Source of the DNA: Podarcis gaigeae
Taxonomy: Eukaryota
Direction: 5' to 3' (one strand)
DNA length: 64,000 nt
Assembly: GCA_964106915.2 (NCBI GenBank)
Contig: OZ066921.1
The position numbers and the translations under genes are program-made. The notes under the pieces are model-generated. The model saw only the letters and a list, made by a program, of their open reading frames with translations. It was not told where the DNA came from and ran no database searches. Of the stretch, positions 22,701 to 34,044 are shown in pieces (position 1 is the first letter of the stretch; each line of letters starts with the position of its first letter).

Positions 22701-24874
22701 CGTTTAGGATTCCAAGAGGAGGTTTTTTAAAAAAGCTTAAGTCCTGCTGCAAGGTGAGCAGGGATGCTACTGGCTGGATGGGGAGCTCTCCATGAGCCAC
22801 CAGTTCCTCACCAACTACTTCAGAGATTTAGTCACCAAGTGATACTACTCAGAAATACTAACTTCTAAATTTGAGGCTATCAAAAATAGCATGCCTGTGA
22901 TCACACTGCTGTCTCCAATTCTTTTGACAGTTCAAGTGCAAATGCTACTGATGTATGGAGCTTTACACAATGCAACATTCAGTGTCTGGTTAACCACATT
23001 TACGGGACGCGTAACCCTTTACCTTTAACCACATTTACTTAGCCATTAGAATGGATTAGGAATGGCAGTGGGTCATGGTCCAAGTACACAAACCTGAAGG
23101 AGAGATATATAACAAGAAAGCAAATACGTGGTTCTCTTACCAGCTGAATAAACATCCAAAAATCAGTGTTGCATGTAAAAGGGAGAAGTCACGTTAGAAG
23201 TTAGCATCTTTAATAAGTCAGTAAAGGTGAACCAATCCAAGTATCCATACTGCCACTTCCACTTGCAGAGTCAGATTGTTTAAGCCATAGTTCTAGCTCT
23301 AAACTCCTTCAAATGATTACCTCTCCCACTACAGCTATTCTGAACATGGCAGACAAGTGGACAGGTCATTTGTCACCAGTCCAAATCCTTTCTTCACAGT
23401 TTACTAACAGCTGCTCTATGAGATGTCAAGCACTCAGGAGTCAAGCCTCAAAACACTAAAGCTAATACTGCATGGAGGGGTCCTAAGTATAACCTTCAGG
23501 ACACCCCAAACATACAGGAGAAGCAGAATGTTAGGTGTGTACATTGACTCTGCCAATGCTGTAAAGGTAATATTAGTGCTCCACAAACTCTCCTGTTGCA
23601 ACAATAATTCAAAGTACTCATTACTTACCACTCCGCTGGAAGACTTGGTCTTCAACTCTAGCTTGACCATTCCAAACCCTGAAATTGCCAAAACATTAGT
23701 TTCTTATTTATACCACAATAAATGAATGAGAAACAAAGCCCAAGAAGTAACAAGTTGGGTGCATCTGCCTTTAAAAGGTGCTTGTGATGAGCACCAATAA
23801 AAAGAAAGGCCAGCTTAGCTCTAATGGAAATTCTAGGAGTCACTTGACAGAGACCCACAGATTTTGGCAGGCAATGGCAACATCTGGTTGACTGAACAAC
23901 TCTGATTCAGAGAACTAATGGTGTCCCATCTCATTACAAGGGTCCTGTTGGATCAGATCTAGCATTCAACTACCACAGCAGCCAAACAGATGCCTATGGA
24001 AAGGCCATAAACAGGAAGTGAGTACATGTTCACTTTTTGGAATCGTGCTAAGATTTGGACATTTTGGGTGCATTTTAAGTACAGTACCTCCAAAGAACAG
24101 CTCAAAGACAATCAACAAACCCCTTTAAACTCAGGGAAACTGATATGGGGCTCACCTATGTTATGCCATACTTCATATTCTCAAAATTCCACTAAAGTTG
24201 CAGCGTTGCTGCAGAGACAATCCCAGAGCTGAATATGCAAGCCAATATGTGGCGCAGAGCCCGCTTTAATAAGCCTAAAGTGAGCCAATAGGACGTTCCA
24301 TGCCAGTTTGTGAAATCTGCAATCACCATAGAATGGAGGCCCTCATCCATCTTGAGAGATTATGGACAAAGTCAGATGAGAAGAGTCAGAAAGCAGAAGA
24401 CTGAAATGCAAGTGTTGCCGGCACCAGCTCAAAACCAATTGATTCATCTGAGAATTTAAGAGATGGGCTTTCCTTCCTGCTAGTGCTAGTTTTTAGCTCG
24501 TGTTACATTTTTGGAGAAAATGAATATACACTTTAAATAAAATATAGCATTTAAATAAAACAAGCATTAACTAAAACAGCAAGGGATGAAAGCAAGGCCA
24601 TCAATCCAATAAAAACTCTTAAGGATGGATGACAGATTGATAGAGTGAAGAAGGATAGAGAAACTAGGCGAAGGAGCAAGAACACTTCAAAGATGTGAAC
24701 AAAAATATGCCAATCTTAACACATCTGAAGACCTTTAGCAACAGATTTCCAAAATATTTAGAGAATATATGCATAATGCTAGCATTTGTGGCCATTGTCC
24801 TGCTTACCATATCCTTTGTTGAATACATCCCTGGCAGATTTCCCCAGGTCACAATAGGATGGTGGGATAGCCAT
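15721..24874 (-). CDS. VDAC3: VDAC3, complete: complement(join(15721..15812,16211..16268,18004..18154,19045..19272,19585..19637,20400..20552,23629..23678,24808..24874)), 852 nt, 283 aa
   Basis: 8 GT-AG exons in frame; porin sequence with VDAC3-type Q73 (FTQKWNT), GWAVL, C-terminal FELEA; adjacent to IKBKB as in human 8p11. Confidence 0.96.
16211..16268 (-). CDS. VDAC3: VDAC3 exon ([19 protein letters not shown])
   Basis: ttctag| ... |gtatgt, 58 nt. Confidence 0.95.
16615..16965 (-). mobile_element. Sauria SINE, full length
   Basis: reverse complement of tRNA-like head GGGAC(A)C..GGCGCTGTGGGTTAAACC through to the ACCTTT-type tail. Confidence 0.9.
17538..17978 (+). mobile_element. CR1 LINE 3' fragment
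   Basis: ORF2 C-terminus ([21 protein letters not shown]...) and ATTCTATG-type tail. Confidence 0.92.
18004..18154 (-). CDS. VDAC3: VDAC3 exon ([14 protein letters not shown]...DDKASVS)
   Basis: aatag| ... |gtaaga, 151 nt. Confidence 0.95.
19045..19272 (-). CDS. VDAC3: VDAC3 exon ([11 protein letters not shown]...DFQLHTNV)
   Basis: cccag| ... |gtaagt, 228 nt. Confidence 0.95.
19585..19637 (-). CDS. VDAC3: VDAC3 exon ([18 protein letters not shown])
   Basis: ttcag| ... |gtaagt, 53 nt. Confidence 0.95.
20400..20552 (-). CDS. VDAC3: VDAC3 exon ([17 protein letters not shown]...SMENK)
   Basis: tacag| ... |gtaaga, 153 nt. Confidence 0.95.
21520..21522 (-). CDS. VDAC3: candidate VDAC3 3-nt microexon B (CTT, Leu)
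   Basis: minus strand ...ttccaattgcttctcttcctcattag|CTT|gtaagt; 68-nt AG-free zone; phase-0 intron homologous to the mammalian ATG-microexon intron. Confidence 0.6.
21648..21668. repeat. (TG)n microsatellite
   Basis: direct reading. Confidence 0.9.
22436..22652. mobile_element. truncated Tc1/mariner-type MITE followed by (CA)n
   Basis: TACAGTGGTACCTC left TIR and CpG-rich body. Confidence 0.65.
22658..22696. repeat. (CA)n microsatellite
   Basis: direct reading. Confidence 0.95.
23004..23024 (+). mobile_element. Sauria SINE remnant (only the 5' and 3' tips) between 14-bp TSDs
   Basis: TTAACCACATTTAC-GGGACGCG-TAA-CCCTTTACCT-TTAACCACATTTAC. Confidence 0.7.
23141..23143 (-). CDS. VDAC3: candidate VDAC3 3-nt microexon A (CTG, Leu)
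   Basis: minus strand tgctaacttctaac...ttctcccttttacatgc...tattcag|CTG|gtaaga; 62-nt AG-free zone, two CTAAC branch-point motifs. Confidence 0.6.
23629..23678 (-). CDS. VDAC3: VDAC3 exon ([17 protein letters not shown])
   Basis: ttcag| ... |gtaagt, 50 nt. Confidence 0.95.
24808..24874 (-). CDS. VDAC3: VDAC3 first coding exon ([22 protein letters not shown])
   Basis: ATG at 24872-24874; acceptor at 24880-24881 after a long T tract; |gtaagc donor. Confidence 0.95.
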
Positions 24875-24887
24875 GGGGTCTGGAAGA

Positions 24888-24926
<39 letters not shown>

Positions 24927-26999
24927 AAAAAAAAACAAACCAGTACATATTTGGAAATAAATGAGCATGTATGAACACCATTCTCAGCAATTTCTTGCCA
25001 CTACCTTACATGTCACATATGATGAAGAACCATGAGTCTATTCATAAATCTTCCTTTCTGACTATCAAGAATTTTTTTGAGGGCAAAGAAATAATCCAAA
25101 ATTTGATAGAAAGATTTAATAGTTTGAGTTCAATAACATATTTATTCCATGGCACAGTCTGCTAAGCCAACAACTTCTTTCTCTTGTGTATGGTTCCAAG
25201 AGCAACAGAATGGCTCCTTTGTATCAACCTTAAAAGCCTTTGATCCAAAATTCATATTGGCTCCCCCCACCCCACTGCCACCCACAGAAAATTGCCAGGC
25301 TTGTGGGAAGTGACAAGTCTTTTTACAGCAAGGCCAAACTTGCTGCTTGATTACTTGGGGAAGTAGTTTCGTTGCATTATTCCCAACTCCATGTACTGGA
25401 AAACCTTGTCTTAAGGAAATAAATTTAGTGGTAAAAACTAAATTGGCTGTTGACTCTACCCTATGAGGTGTTGACCTATTGGGCTGTATAGATAAACTTA
25501 TGCATAGCTATCTTGCTACTCTCAAGCTTCTATTTCCATTTCCCCCCTAAAGCATAGCAGGAGTTCTTCTGAACTTTGCTGAAGAAATCTATTCTTGGCA
25601 CATTCCTCTCCAATGTCACCTTCAGGAAGATAGCAGCGGTCAAAACGCAGAACTGCTTTGCAAGTCTGACATGTGGGATATCAGCAAGCCAGCTTTGTGC
25701 TGCTGGATAACATAACTCTTGCTTTTAAACACATCATCTAGGTATTAAGGTTCCAAAAAAATTTCTTTAATATCTGAACTTCCATATACGTATAGATACC
25801 TGGGGGTCTGGCAGGACCACAGCTGAACATGGTTGCAGACTTCTTATTTCACAATTTAGCTCCTAAATCATTTACTTCTCAACGTGAACCTACAGGACTC
25901 TCCTCTAGCTCTTTGATATACACCTGTCAAATATGGGGGGGAAATGCATGCATCATTAAAGATCAAAGCTATCACTTATAATACCTGCAACCACTACTTT
26001 TATACTCACTGTAACACAATGTTTATACCAAACCTTCAAGGACAGCATGACAGGCAAACTTAAAAAAAATACACATTAATTAATATCACTACTCTACTAG
26101 GTTTAACCCCTGAAGGGAAGGAGCCGCTTCATATAAGTCCAGAGGTGTGAAAAGCATGTATGTGCAATATGTAGGGGATAGGGACAGGGAGATAGTATAT
26201 GTGGGCATGTGCACTGGGAAACTGTTTACTACTGGCTTCTCAAATGTACACATAAGTTATACATAACATTCACATACGACAGGTCTACTTGAAGAGACCC
26301 TTACCTTACTATACATCAGACCAACCTCTCCCTTGGAAAAGGGAATATGACACCTATGATTATCATTATCAAACGCCTGCCAGCTATAGAGGCTCCAAGC
26401 CTCCTGCTTGGGGGGAAAGGGAGTATCTGTATGCAGTCAGCTCATGTAATTACTGGCAGCAGTGCATTCTGAATTCAGCCATTCAAATCCAGCTCTTCAG
26501 TTCATTCAGGTGAGTCAATTCTTTCTATAAAGTAGATACACTAAAAAGCATGGATCCAACCTAAGCCTGACCATTCTAATTCTTTCAATAATAAATCATG
26601 GTTCCAAGCTTTCCTCAAGTCAAATTAACATTGATTCTGGAGGTATTTCAAATCAGCCTCCCCATTTTAGGCAGAATGTGTTAATCTGGACTCTCCGAGT
26701 GGAGATGGCTTTTTATTTTATGTTTGTCTGCTTGCTTCCTATATGCCTCTCAAAGTATTTTTAGCCCCCTTCGATTTCTTCTCCCTTTTCCTTTCACATA
26801 TAATTTGTGCCCTATTCCCACCCCCAAGTACAGGCAATTTCTTCCATCCCTCCTCCCTGCTCCTTGTACATTCACTTCCTCCTATACCAGCTACCCTCTC
26901 TATTCCCAGTTTATCATGACTTTTAGAGCTGCTGCTTGTATCTGTCCCCTGTGAGAGGGGGTGGACTGCAGTGCTAACACTGATCTGGAAGTGGGCTAG

Positions 27000-27510
27000 T
27001 TCTTCCTCTTTGGCGATCACTCGTAGCCGAGTAAGATTGTCTTCCATGAACACGGTTTTAACAATGAGGCCCTAAGTGACTGTGGAGGCCAATTCTGGAT
27101 CCACACGTCCTTTCACAGTGGGGACATTGGTTTCCGGGGGGAATTGATCATGGTGTGGCTTTGCCAAGCGTGCCTTCCTCTTAGCACATTTCTCCCTTGC
27201 GTCCTGAGTTCGAGTGTCTTCAAAGCCCACGACACCTTTGGTAAAGGCTGTTCTCCAACTGGAGCGCTCGCAGGCCAGTGTTTCCCAGTTGTCAGTGTTT
27301 ATACTACATTTTTTTATATTTGCTTTGAGACAGTCTTTAAACTTCTTTTGTTGACCACCAGCATTACACATTCCATTTTTAAGTTGGGAATAGAGTAGTT
27401 GCTTTGGAAGACAATCATCAGGCATCCACACAACGTGACCAGTCCAGCGAAGGTGATGTTGAAGAATTATTGCTTCAACACGGGTGATCTTTGCTTCTTC
27501 CAGTGGGCTA
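27000..27510 (-). mobile_element. RTE-clade LINE 3' fragment
   Basis: LRWTGHVVWMPDDCLPKQLLYSQLKNG...FKDCLK, typical of the RTE ORF C-terminus; GAA-rich tail. Confidence 0.82.
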
Positions 27511-28007
27511 GTGCCCAATGGTGGTCCCCAGTCCTCAGTTTCAGAAATTATGATCTATACTAATTGGCGCCTATAAAAAACCCTTGTCAACTGAATGCAA
27601 GGCAGGAAAAAGAAAATGTCTGAAGACATTTATACTCCCAAGAAAGACAAAGCTACTAATCACTAGTTTTCTTTTTCCCAACCCTTCCTTTTCTGGTGAA
27701 ATTCTGTACTGTGCATCCATCATTTCAGCCTAATATAATGTTTTACCACCAAGCCAAGCCAGCCCAAAGAAAGATACCGACCTACTGTGTGCCATCCATG
27801 TACATTGTAGTATTGCACTTTAGGAATATTTTAGATAAGAACAATTTGTATTGTTGTAGACAGAATAGTTTTCAAAGGTAGCATTAGAAGCAATAATTAT
27901 TATTTTGTTCTTTTCTTTTTGCTCTTCCCAAGATTTATTTTTTTTAAAATTCACAATACAATAAAATTGTATTCAGAAACATTAAAAATAGCGCCAATAA
28001 TAATAGT

Positions 28008-28035
28008 AATCATCATCATCATCATCATCATCATC
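28008..28035. repeat. (ATC)n microsatellite
   Basis: direct reading. Confidence 0.9.
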
Positions 28036-30354
28036 AAGTTTATTTACATCTTGGCTTCTTCCACCCTCTGCCTCAAATAAGAGATTGTATTTTTAAGGAA
28101 ATTAAATTGTAACATATTTAGCATTATTGATCTGCAGTGTTGCAGTTTTGAGACTAAGAGATCAGTGGAGAAAAAACCAGAGTACTAATTTATTGGCTTT
28201 TATAAACATATTGTTTCATTCATGATTTTTTTTTTTTAAGTTTTCAAATTGAAGCCCACTCTGCTTTTAATTAATGTGCTATTTCTAACAGGTTCCCCAA
28301 TTGGTTAATTTTCAGCTGAACCAGAAGAGAAGGCAAAAAAGTTATTGTAAGAAAGCAGTACTGAGTTATGTGGGGGCTTTGTGCTCCAACCAATCCTTGC
28401 GACTACCACCTGCCAGGGTCTGTACAGACTTAACGTCCATCAGGTGTAGTGCCCAGCCAGCCTGTATTGATTCACATCTCAGCCATTTCTGTATGTGCCA
28501 ATGCCACATACTGAATGAAACATGGACTGGATTTTCCTATTCCAAAACTGCAATTGTTGTGCAGCTTTTCAAGAAGTTGCAGTCAAATGCCAGACATTCA
28601 GACATCAAATCATTCCAAGTTCAGTGCTGGCACCAACATATCCAGTGTACTTAGTGTGTGGCTACTCACCTGGCTGCATAGCACGACTATGAGAAGCTCA
28701 AAGGCTACTTCTGTCATCCCCAGCCAGCATGGCTATGCTGTCTGGAGCTGATGGGAGTTGTAGTCCAAAATGTCTGACAGGCAACAGGCTGAGGAAGGCT
28801 GAGCTAAGATCTGCCTGTTTACAGCTCTCATACAACAGGGTTTAAAGTAAGCACTCAAAACCACCCACCCACTTCTCCAGTCTTTCCTGGGTGTAAAAAA
28901 ATTGCTTCCTTGAGACAGTGACAAAATTCACTTTGATATCTATAACTATGATAAGGTAATATTGGCCTCTCCTGGCAGATCTGCCTGCCCATCCAATGCT
29001 CCTATTATCTTTGCCACTCAAAATGTTTCCTATAGCTCTAAACCAACTTCCTTGTTAGTGATAACATTTTAAAAGGTTTGCATTTCAGAAGGAAACCAAA
29101 GCAGCATGAGTTTAACCATACTACCCTTTCATTTTCAGCAGCAGCAGCTCCCTCTTTGGAGTTGCTCTGCAAGGAATCACAATTAGAATGACCATGAAGA
29201 AGAGAGGTAAGCACATGTGAACCTGGGCACACACGGCTGCAATAATAGATATATACACTTGAGCAAGATTGAGAGGTGCTACTGAATGCAGTCCACCTGC
29301 AGATTTACAATAGTCCTGGAAGCCAAAAGAGCCGGGCAACTCCTATGTCCACCCAATACAATCATTGTGGGGTTACTACAAATTTCAGGAGGTATCACAG
29401 ACACACACAAAAAGCCCTATGGCCACAGCACTTATTGTGGAATTATCAGTATGGAACTTCCCACCCTTAGTTCTGCATCAAAATAGTACATAGTATTTTT
29501 GTTTAAAATAAAATGCCCAATTGCTGAGATTCCAAGCAATTCCACTGACATTTTCATGAATGTGACACCTCAGGAGATTTCACAAAAGTTGTATGTCTAT
29601 CTACAACTCTCATGCTTCCGTTTAATGATGGATGAATAGGAATTGTGTATATGCTCTAATTCAGTTATTGCCAGGGCTTAAGCTTGCAAAGATTTACTTT
29701 TGAGTCCAGTTAAACATTGCTCTCTCTTACATCCATAACTTACCAGCATGTCTGTCAGACATAGATAGTGGAGGCCTTGCTTAAAATTCTTGCTCAGCCT
29801 CAAAGCTCTTTGGATAACCATCCCCTCCAAATGAGGGGGCAGTACAAGCTATCCTGAGCTCTTTGAAAGAGATCAAAGCAGAAAATACCATGCATGTACA
29901 AATGAGCACCACCATCTCAAGACTCTCTCTGTGCAGATTTTAAAATCTATGCTTTTCAGAGCAAGGCCAACACATTTTTAAACCAAGCCACTGAATTCCA
30001 ATAAGCCTACTAACAACTGCTGACACCATGCAAGTACAAACCGCCTTTAACTGTGGTTTTATTGTCACATATTCCCTTTTGCTGTTACCCAAAAGCAGAG
30101 TTAGAAACGCAGATATGTAAACTAATTGCCAAATGGCACCTTAAACCTGGGTTACGGTCGCCACAACAGAATATCTAAGCACTATCCTTATTTCTATACT
30201 GCTTTAAAACATCAAATAAAACAATCCAGAATAAAACAAATTTAAGCCTCAAGGAAAATATTTCAGATTCTTCTCTAAGTGACATTTTGCTTTCCACATA
30301 TTTATTTACTTACTTAATTTATAGAGCTGCCCCATAGCAGAAGTACTTTAGGAA

Positions 30355-30560
30355 GCCAGTGTGGGATAGTGCTTAGAGTGTCGGACTAGGACCTGGGAGA
30401 TCAGGGTTCAAATCCCCACTCAGTCATGAAGCTCACTGAGTGAACATGGAGTCAGTCACAGTCTCTTAATTTACCTCAGAGTCACAGCAGGGATTAATTG
30501 GGGGGGGGGGGAAACCATGTACTCCTTGGAGGAAAAGGTGGGAGATAAATGCAATAACTA
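30355..30560 (+). mobile_element. tRNA-derived SINE (MIR/Squam-like)
   Basis: A-box-like sequence and GGGTTCAAATCCC B box followed by a SINE-like body. Confidence 0.6.
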
Positions 30561-31760
30561 AGTTATTCTGCCTACCTGCTTAAGAAAGCTGGAGGGGCCA
30601 GCCAGATGGAGATGTCAGTTGCCACCTGGCATTCAAAGATCTCCATGTGGTCACAACTGGACCTGCACAGTTCACAAAATGCACCTGATGCCTGGCTAAT
30701 TTTGAACACTGCTTAAAAGAAGAGGAAGAAACCATAATAGCTTGTGCTTTGCACAGCAAAGGTCCTAGGTTCAATTTCTTGGTATCTCCATTTAAACAAA
30801 AAAGGAGGATCAGGAAGCAGGTGATGTTAAGCCCTGGAGAGTTGCTACCAGTCAGAGGAGACCATGATGAGCTACACAGGCTCCCATCACCCCTTGCTAT
30901 GGGCCATGCTGGCTGGGGCTGATGGGACTTTCAGTCCAGCAACATCCGGAGGCCACTACATTGGCTAACCCCGAACTAGACTGATAAACAACCCGATCCC
31001 ACACAAAGCAATTTCACACATTCCCATAGTTCACCTGTCAATAAACTGCATGTAGAATTATTAATTGCATCTTTATCACCCCACCATCACTACTTGTTCT
31101 CTAAATAGTGTTCAAAATTAGCCAGGCGCCAGACTACTGGCCACTTGTGACCAAGTGAAGCTGCTTGGGCACTGCCAGGATGGTGCCTGACATCACCACC
31201 ATCTGGAAGTGCATACCTGGGAATCTTGGGGTCTTAATTGTTTTCACACACTAATGCCACATCTTGCAGAATTCTATCAGTTACATTTTATCTGCACAAT
31301 CAGAATGGATTTCAGGAACCAATATGCTTTTTCTGTGCAGCCTGCGAAGGAGCAGTGAACAATGTTATAGTGAATTGTTGCTTGTCTTCACTTACCCCAA
31401 CCCACAGTTCACAGCTGTGAATAATATTATTATGTTACGAATGGTCTGTTACCATTATGAAAAACAGGTTGGAATAGGCTACAGCTGCTGTATTTCAAAA
31501 AGTGAAAATCCGGACACACACAAAATACCACTTTTGAGCTTTTTTTTGGGAAATCAGCAAAAACGACACTGCTGACATGGCTTACCATACATCTGGATTC
31601 TCCCAGACATTTTGCCGATTTCCGCTGGGACAGTGCTTCCAACTACAGTAGTCCAGGAAATTCTGGACATATGGCAACCCTAGAATAGGCCGTTATATGT
31701 GGGCTGTCCCTGGATAAAGTGACCTTTCTTCTTTAAGCTCTCAAAGTTCTTAACCTAGCT

Positions 31761-31893
31761 CAGGCTTCCTCAACCTCGGCCCTCCAGGTATTTTTGACCT
31801 ACAACTCCCATGATCCCTAGCTAGCAAGACCAGTGGTCAGGGATGATGGGAAATGTAGTCTCAAAAATATCTGGCCAAGGCTGAGGAAGCCTG
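31761..31893. mobile_element. palindromic hAT-type MITE, same family
   Basis: CAGGCTTCCTCAACCT...AGGCTGAGGAAGCCTG; imperfect 8-bp TSD ACCTAGCT/ACCTGACT. Confidence 0.8.
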
Positions 31894-32569
31894 ACCTGAC
31901 TCAAAGTTGTCATCTGTTAGCCAGATGTTTAACTGATAATCAATCATGATCAGTCCATCATTTGAAAAATAAAACTTTAGAACAGTTTTGCCCCAAAATG
32001 GAAACCAGATGTTCTGTTCTGGTGGCTATAACCTTGGTTTAATGAGCCATTTGGTGCCTAGCTTATATATCTGAGTTTCTGACACTATCTCTAAAGCGCT
32101 TGAGATGGCAGACAAGCCTGCACACTTTAACCTGACAACAACCCTGTGAAGCAGCCTATGCAGAGGGATGGGGGTGGGAATCCCCAAAGCCATCCAGTGA
32201 GCAGAGATTTGAACCTGTGGCTTCCTCTTGCTCTCAGTTTTTTCTCTGGAACGCACTTGCAGAATAAAAATTTGCTGGCACCACACCGTATCAATGAGAA
32301 ATACATTGGAAAGCACGATTAGCAGTGCCCTCGGTATCCTGACACTTGACAGTCTTGCTCTCATACTGAAACTATTCATATTCCGCAAGTAATTTTTTTA
32401 GAAAAATGCTTTGATGCCATAATATATCATACCACACTGAAATGTTCAGATGTTGCCCTTGAACCTTCCCGCCCCGCCTGCCAGCTTCTCCCTTTGGGTT
32501 CTGCTGCCTCAATTTCTTCATTGGTTTTTATTCTGCTCATTTTGTATGCCGAAGACCGCCAAATACATA

Positions 32570-33140
32570 GGACGCCGCCGCCGCCGCCGCCGCCGTGGCG
32601 GGGTCTCCGCGTCTCCCCGCCGCCCTCCCCTCCCCCCCCCCTCGCGAGCGCGGCCTTGGCAACAGCCCTCAGGCGGCGAGAGGCCGGGCGGGAGGGCGGA
32701 GGGGGGCGGGAGGCCGGCCCGCCCTCAGAGGAGCCCCTCGCTCGGCAGCGCCTCCCCACAAGGCCCTCGGCGCCCCAGGCCAAGCCGGCCCTCTCCGCGC
32801 CCTCCACCCGAAGCCTCAGGCGGCCCCGCTCGCCGTTGCGAGGGCGTCGCCGGGCTCCTCCAGCCGCGAGCCGCTTCCCTCGCCGCGCACCTCAAGGGCC
32901 GCCGCCGCCGCCGCTGCCGCCTCCGCCTCCTCCGTCAGTCCGTCCCTCCTTGTCAAGCTGAAGGTCTCCGTCTCCGCGCAGGCGTAACGCTCGGGGCCCG
33001 ACTCTGGCCCCGCCCCGTTGCCGGAGCTTGCGTCTCAAAGCGCAGGCGCGGCACCAGCCTCTGCCCCGCCTCTTTCTCTCGCGTCATCTCTGCGCAAGCG
33101 CACAGATCCCTTCCGAGGCGCAAGGTGGGGTTCCCTGACC
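32570..33140 (-). promoter_or_regulatory. VDAC3: CpG island, VDAC3 promoter and non-coding first exon (candidate donor GAG|gtgcgc at 32889-32890; NRF1-like GCGCAnGCGC sites near 33040 and 33091)
   Basis: very GC/CpG-rich island upstream of the VDAC3 ATG exon, which itself starts at an acceptor. Confidence 0.75.
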
Positions 33141-33156
33141 GCCTGCTCTTCGCGAA

Positions 33157-33280
33157 GGGGGAGGGACCCCGGGGCCATCTAGTCCAACCCCCTGCGAGGC
33201 AGGAAACGTTTGCTCCACGTGGGGCTCGAACCCACAACCAGGAGATTAAGAGTCTCACGCTCCACAGACTGGGCTGCCCC
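33157..33280 (-). mobile_element. tRNA-Lys(CTT)-derived SINE with CR1-like 3' tail
   Basis: minus strand GAGACTCTTAATCTC anticodon arm and GGTTCGAGCCCCACG B box fused to GGGGGTTGGACTAGATGG CR1 end. Confidence 0.7.
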
Positions 33281-34044
33281 CGTTTTTTGTTTTTGATTTT
33301 CAGTTACAAATAAATTTGAGATAAAAAAGGAGAACAGTAAAGATTATACCAATAATAACAACATTTGTCCATTTATTCCTGCTCTGCATTGTCTCGTTTC
33401 TTAACCAATTACTGAGTCACAAGAGAACTGTTGTTCTATGACTTCTAAGCTTAGGAGTATTTGGTGAGTTACTTTGTCCAAAAAATTTGAGAGTTTGTGT
33501 ACAGTGTCCACTGGGTCACCTTTATACACATGTTGACACTCTTAAAAAGCTCTAGTTAACAAGACATAGTAAACTCTTACAGAAGTTATACTAGTTTTTC
33601 TTCTATATGCTTGGTAGTTCTATCTTTAACAATACTTTACACCAGTTTTCTTGGAACAGACATTAAATTAACCAACCTGTAATTTCCAGCAAAAAGCCCC
33701 TGGATTGCTTTTTTAAAATGGTGTTCCCTTGACTGCTTTCCAGTCCTCAGATATGGAGGCTGTTCTTAGCAACAGGTTAAATATTTTTGTTAGAAGATCA
33801 GCAATTGCACATTTTTGTTATTTAAGAATTCTTGGGGGCTTGCCATCCAGATCTAGTGATCTGTTAGTTCTTATTTAAGAAGGCCCATTACTTTGATTTG
33901 TCTAATTTTGTGTTTTTGTTTTCCTCACTGGATGAAACTACCTGAGCTCCTAGTGCTTTGTATGTTAGTACCAACACCCTGTACATGGGCCAGCAGCAGA
34001 TTGGCAGGCAGTGCAAATCCTGAAAGCATGGTTAATATCCTGGC

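Noticed and set aside
33210-33280. tRNA-Lys(CTT)-like sequence
   Set aside because: Acceptor and D stems are degenerate and it is fused to a CR1 tail, so it is a SINE head rather than a tRNA gene.
32427-33313. Long overlapping Arg/Pro/Gly-rich ORFs (up to 287 aa)
   Set aside because: Stop-codon depletion in the VDAC3 CpG island; no recognisable protein.
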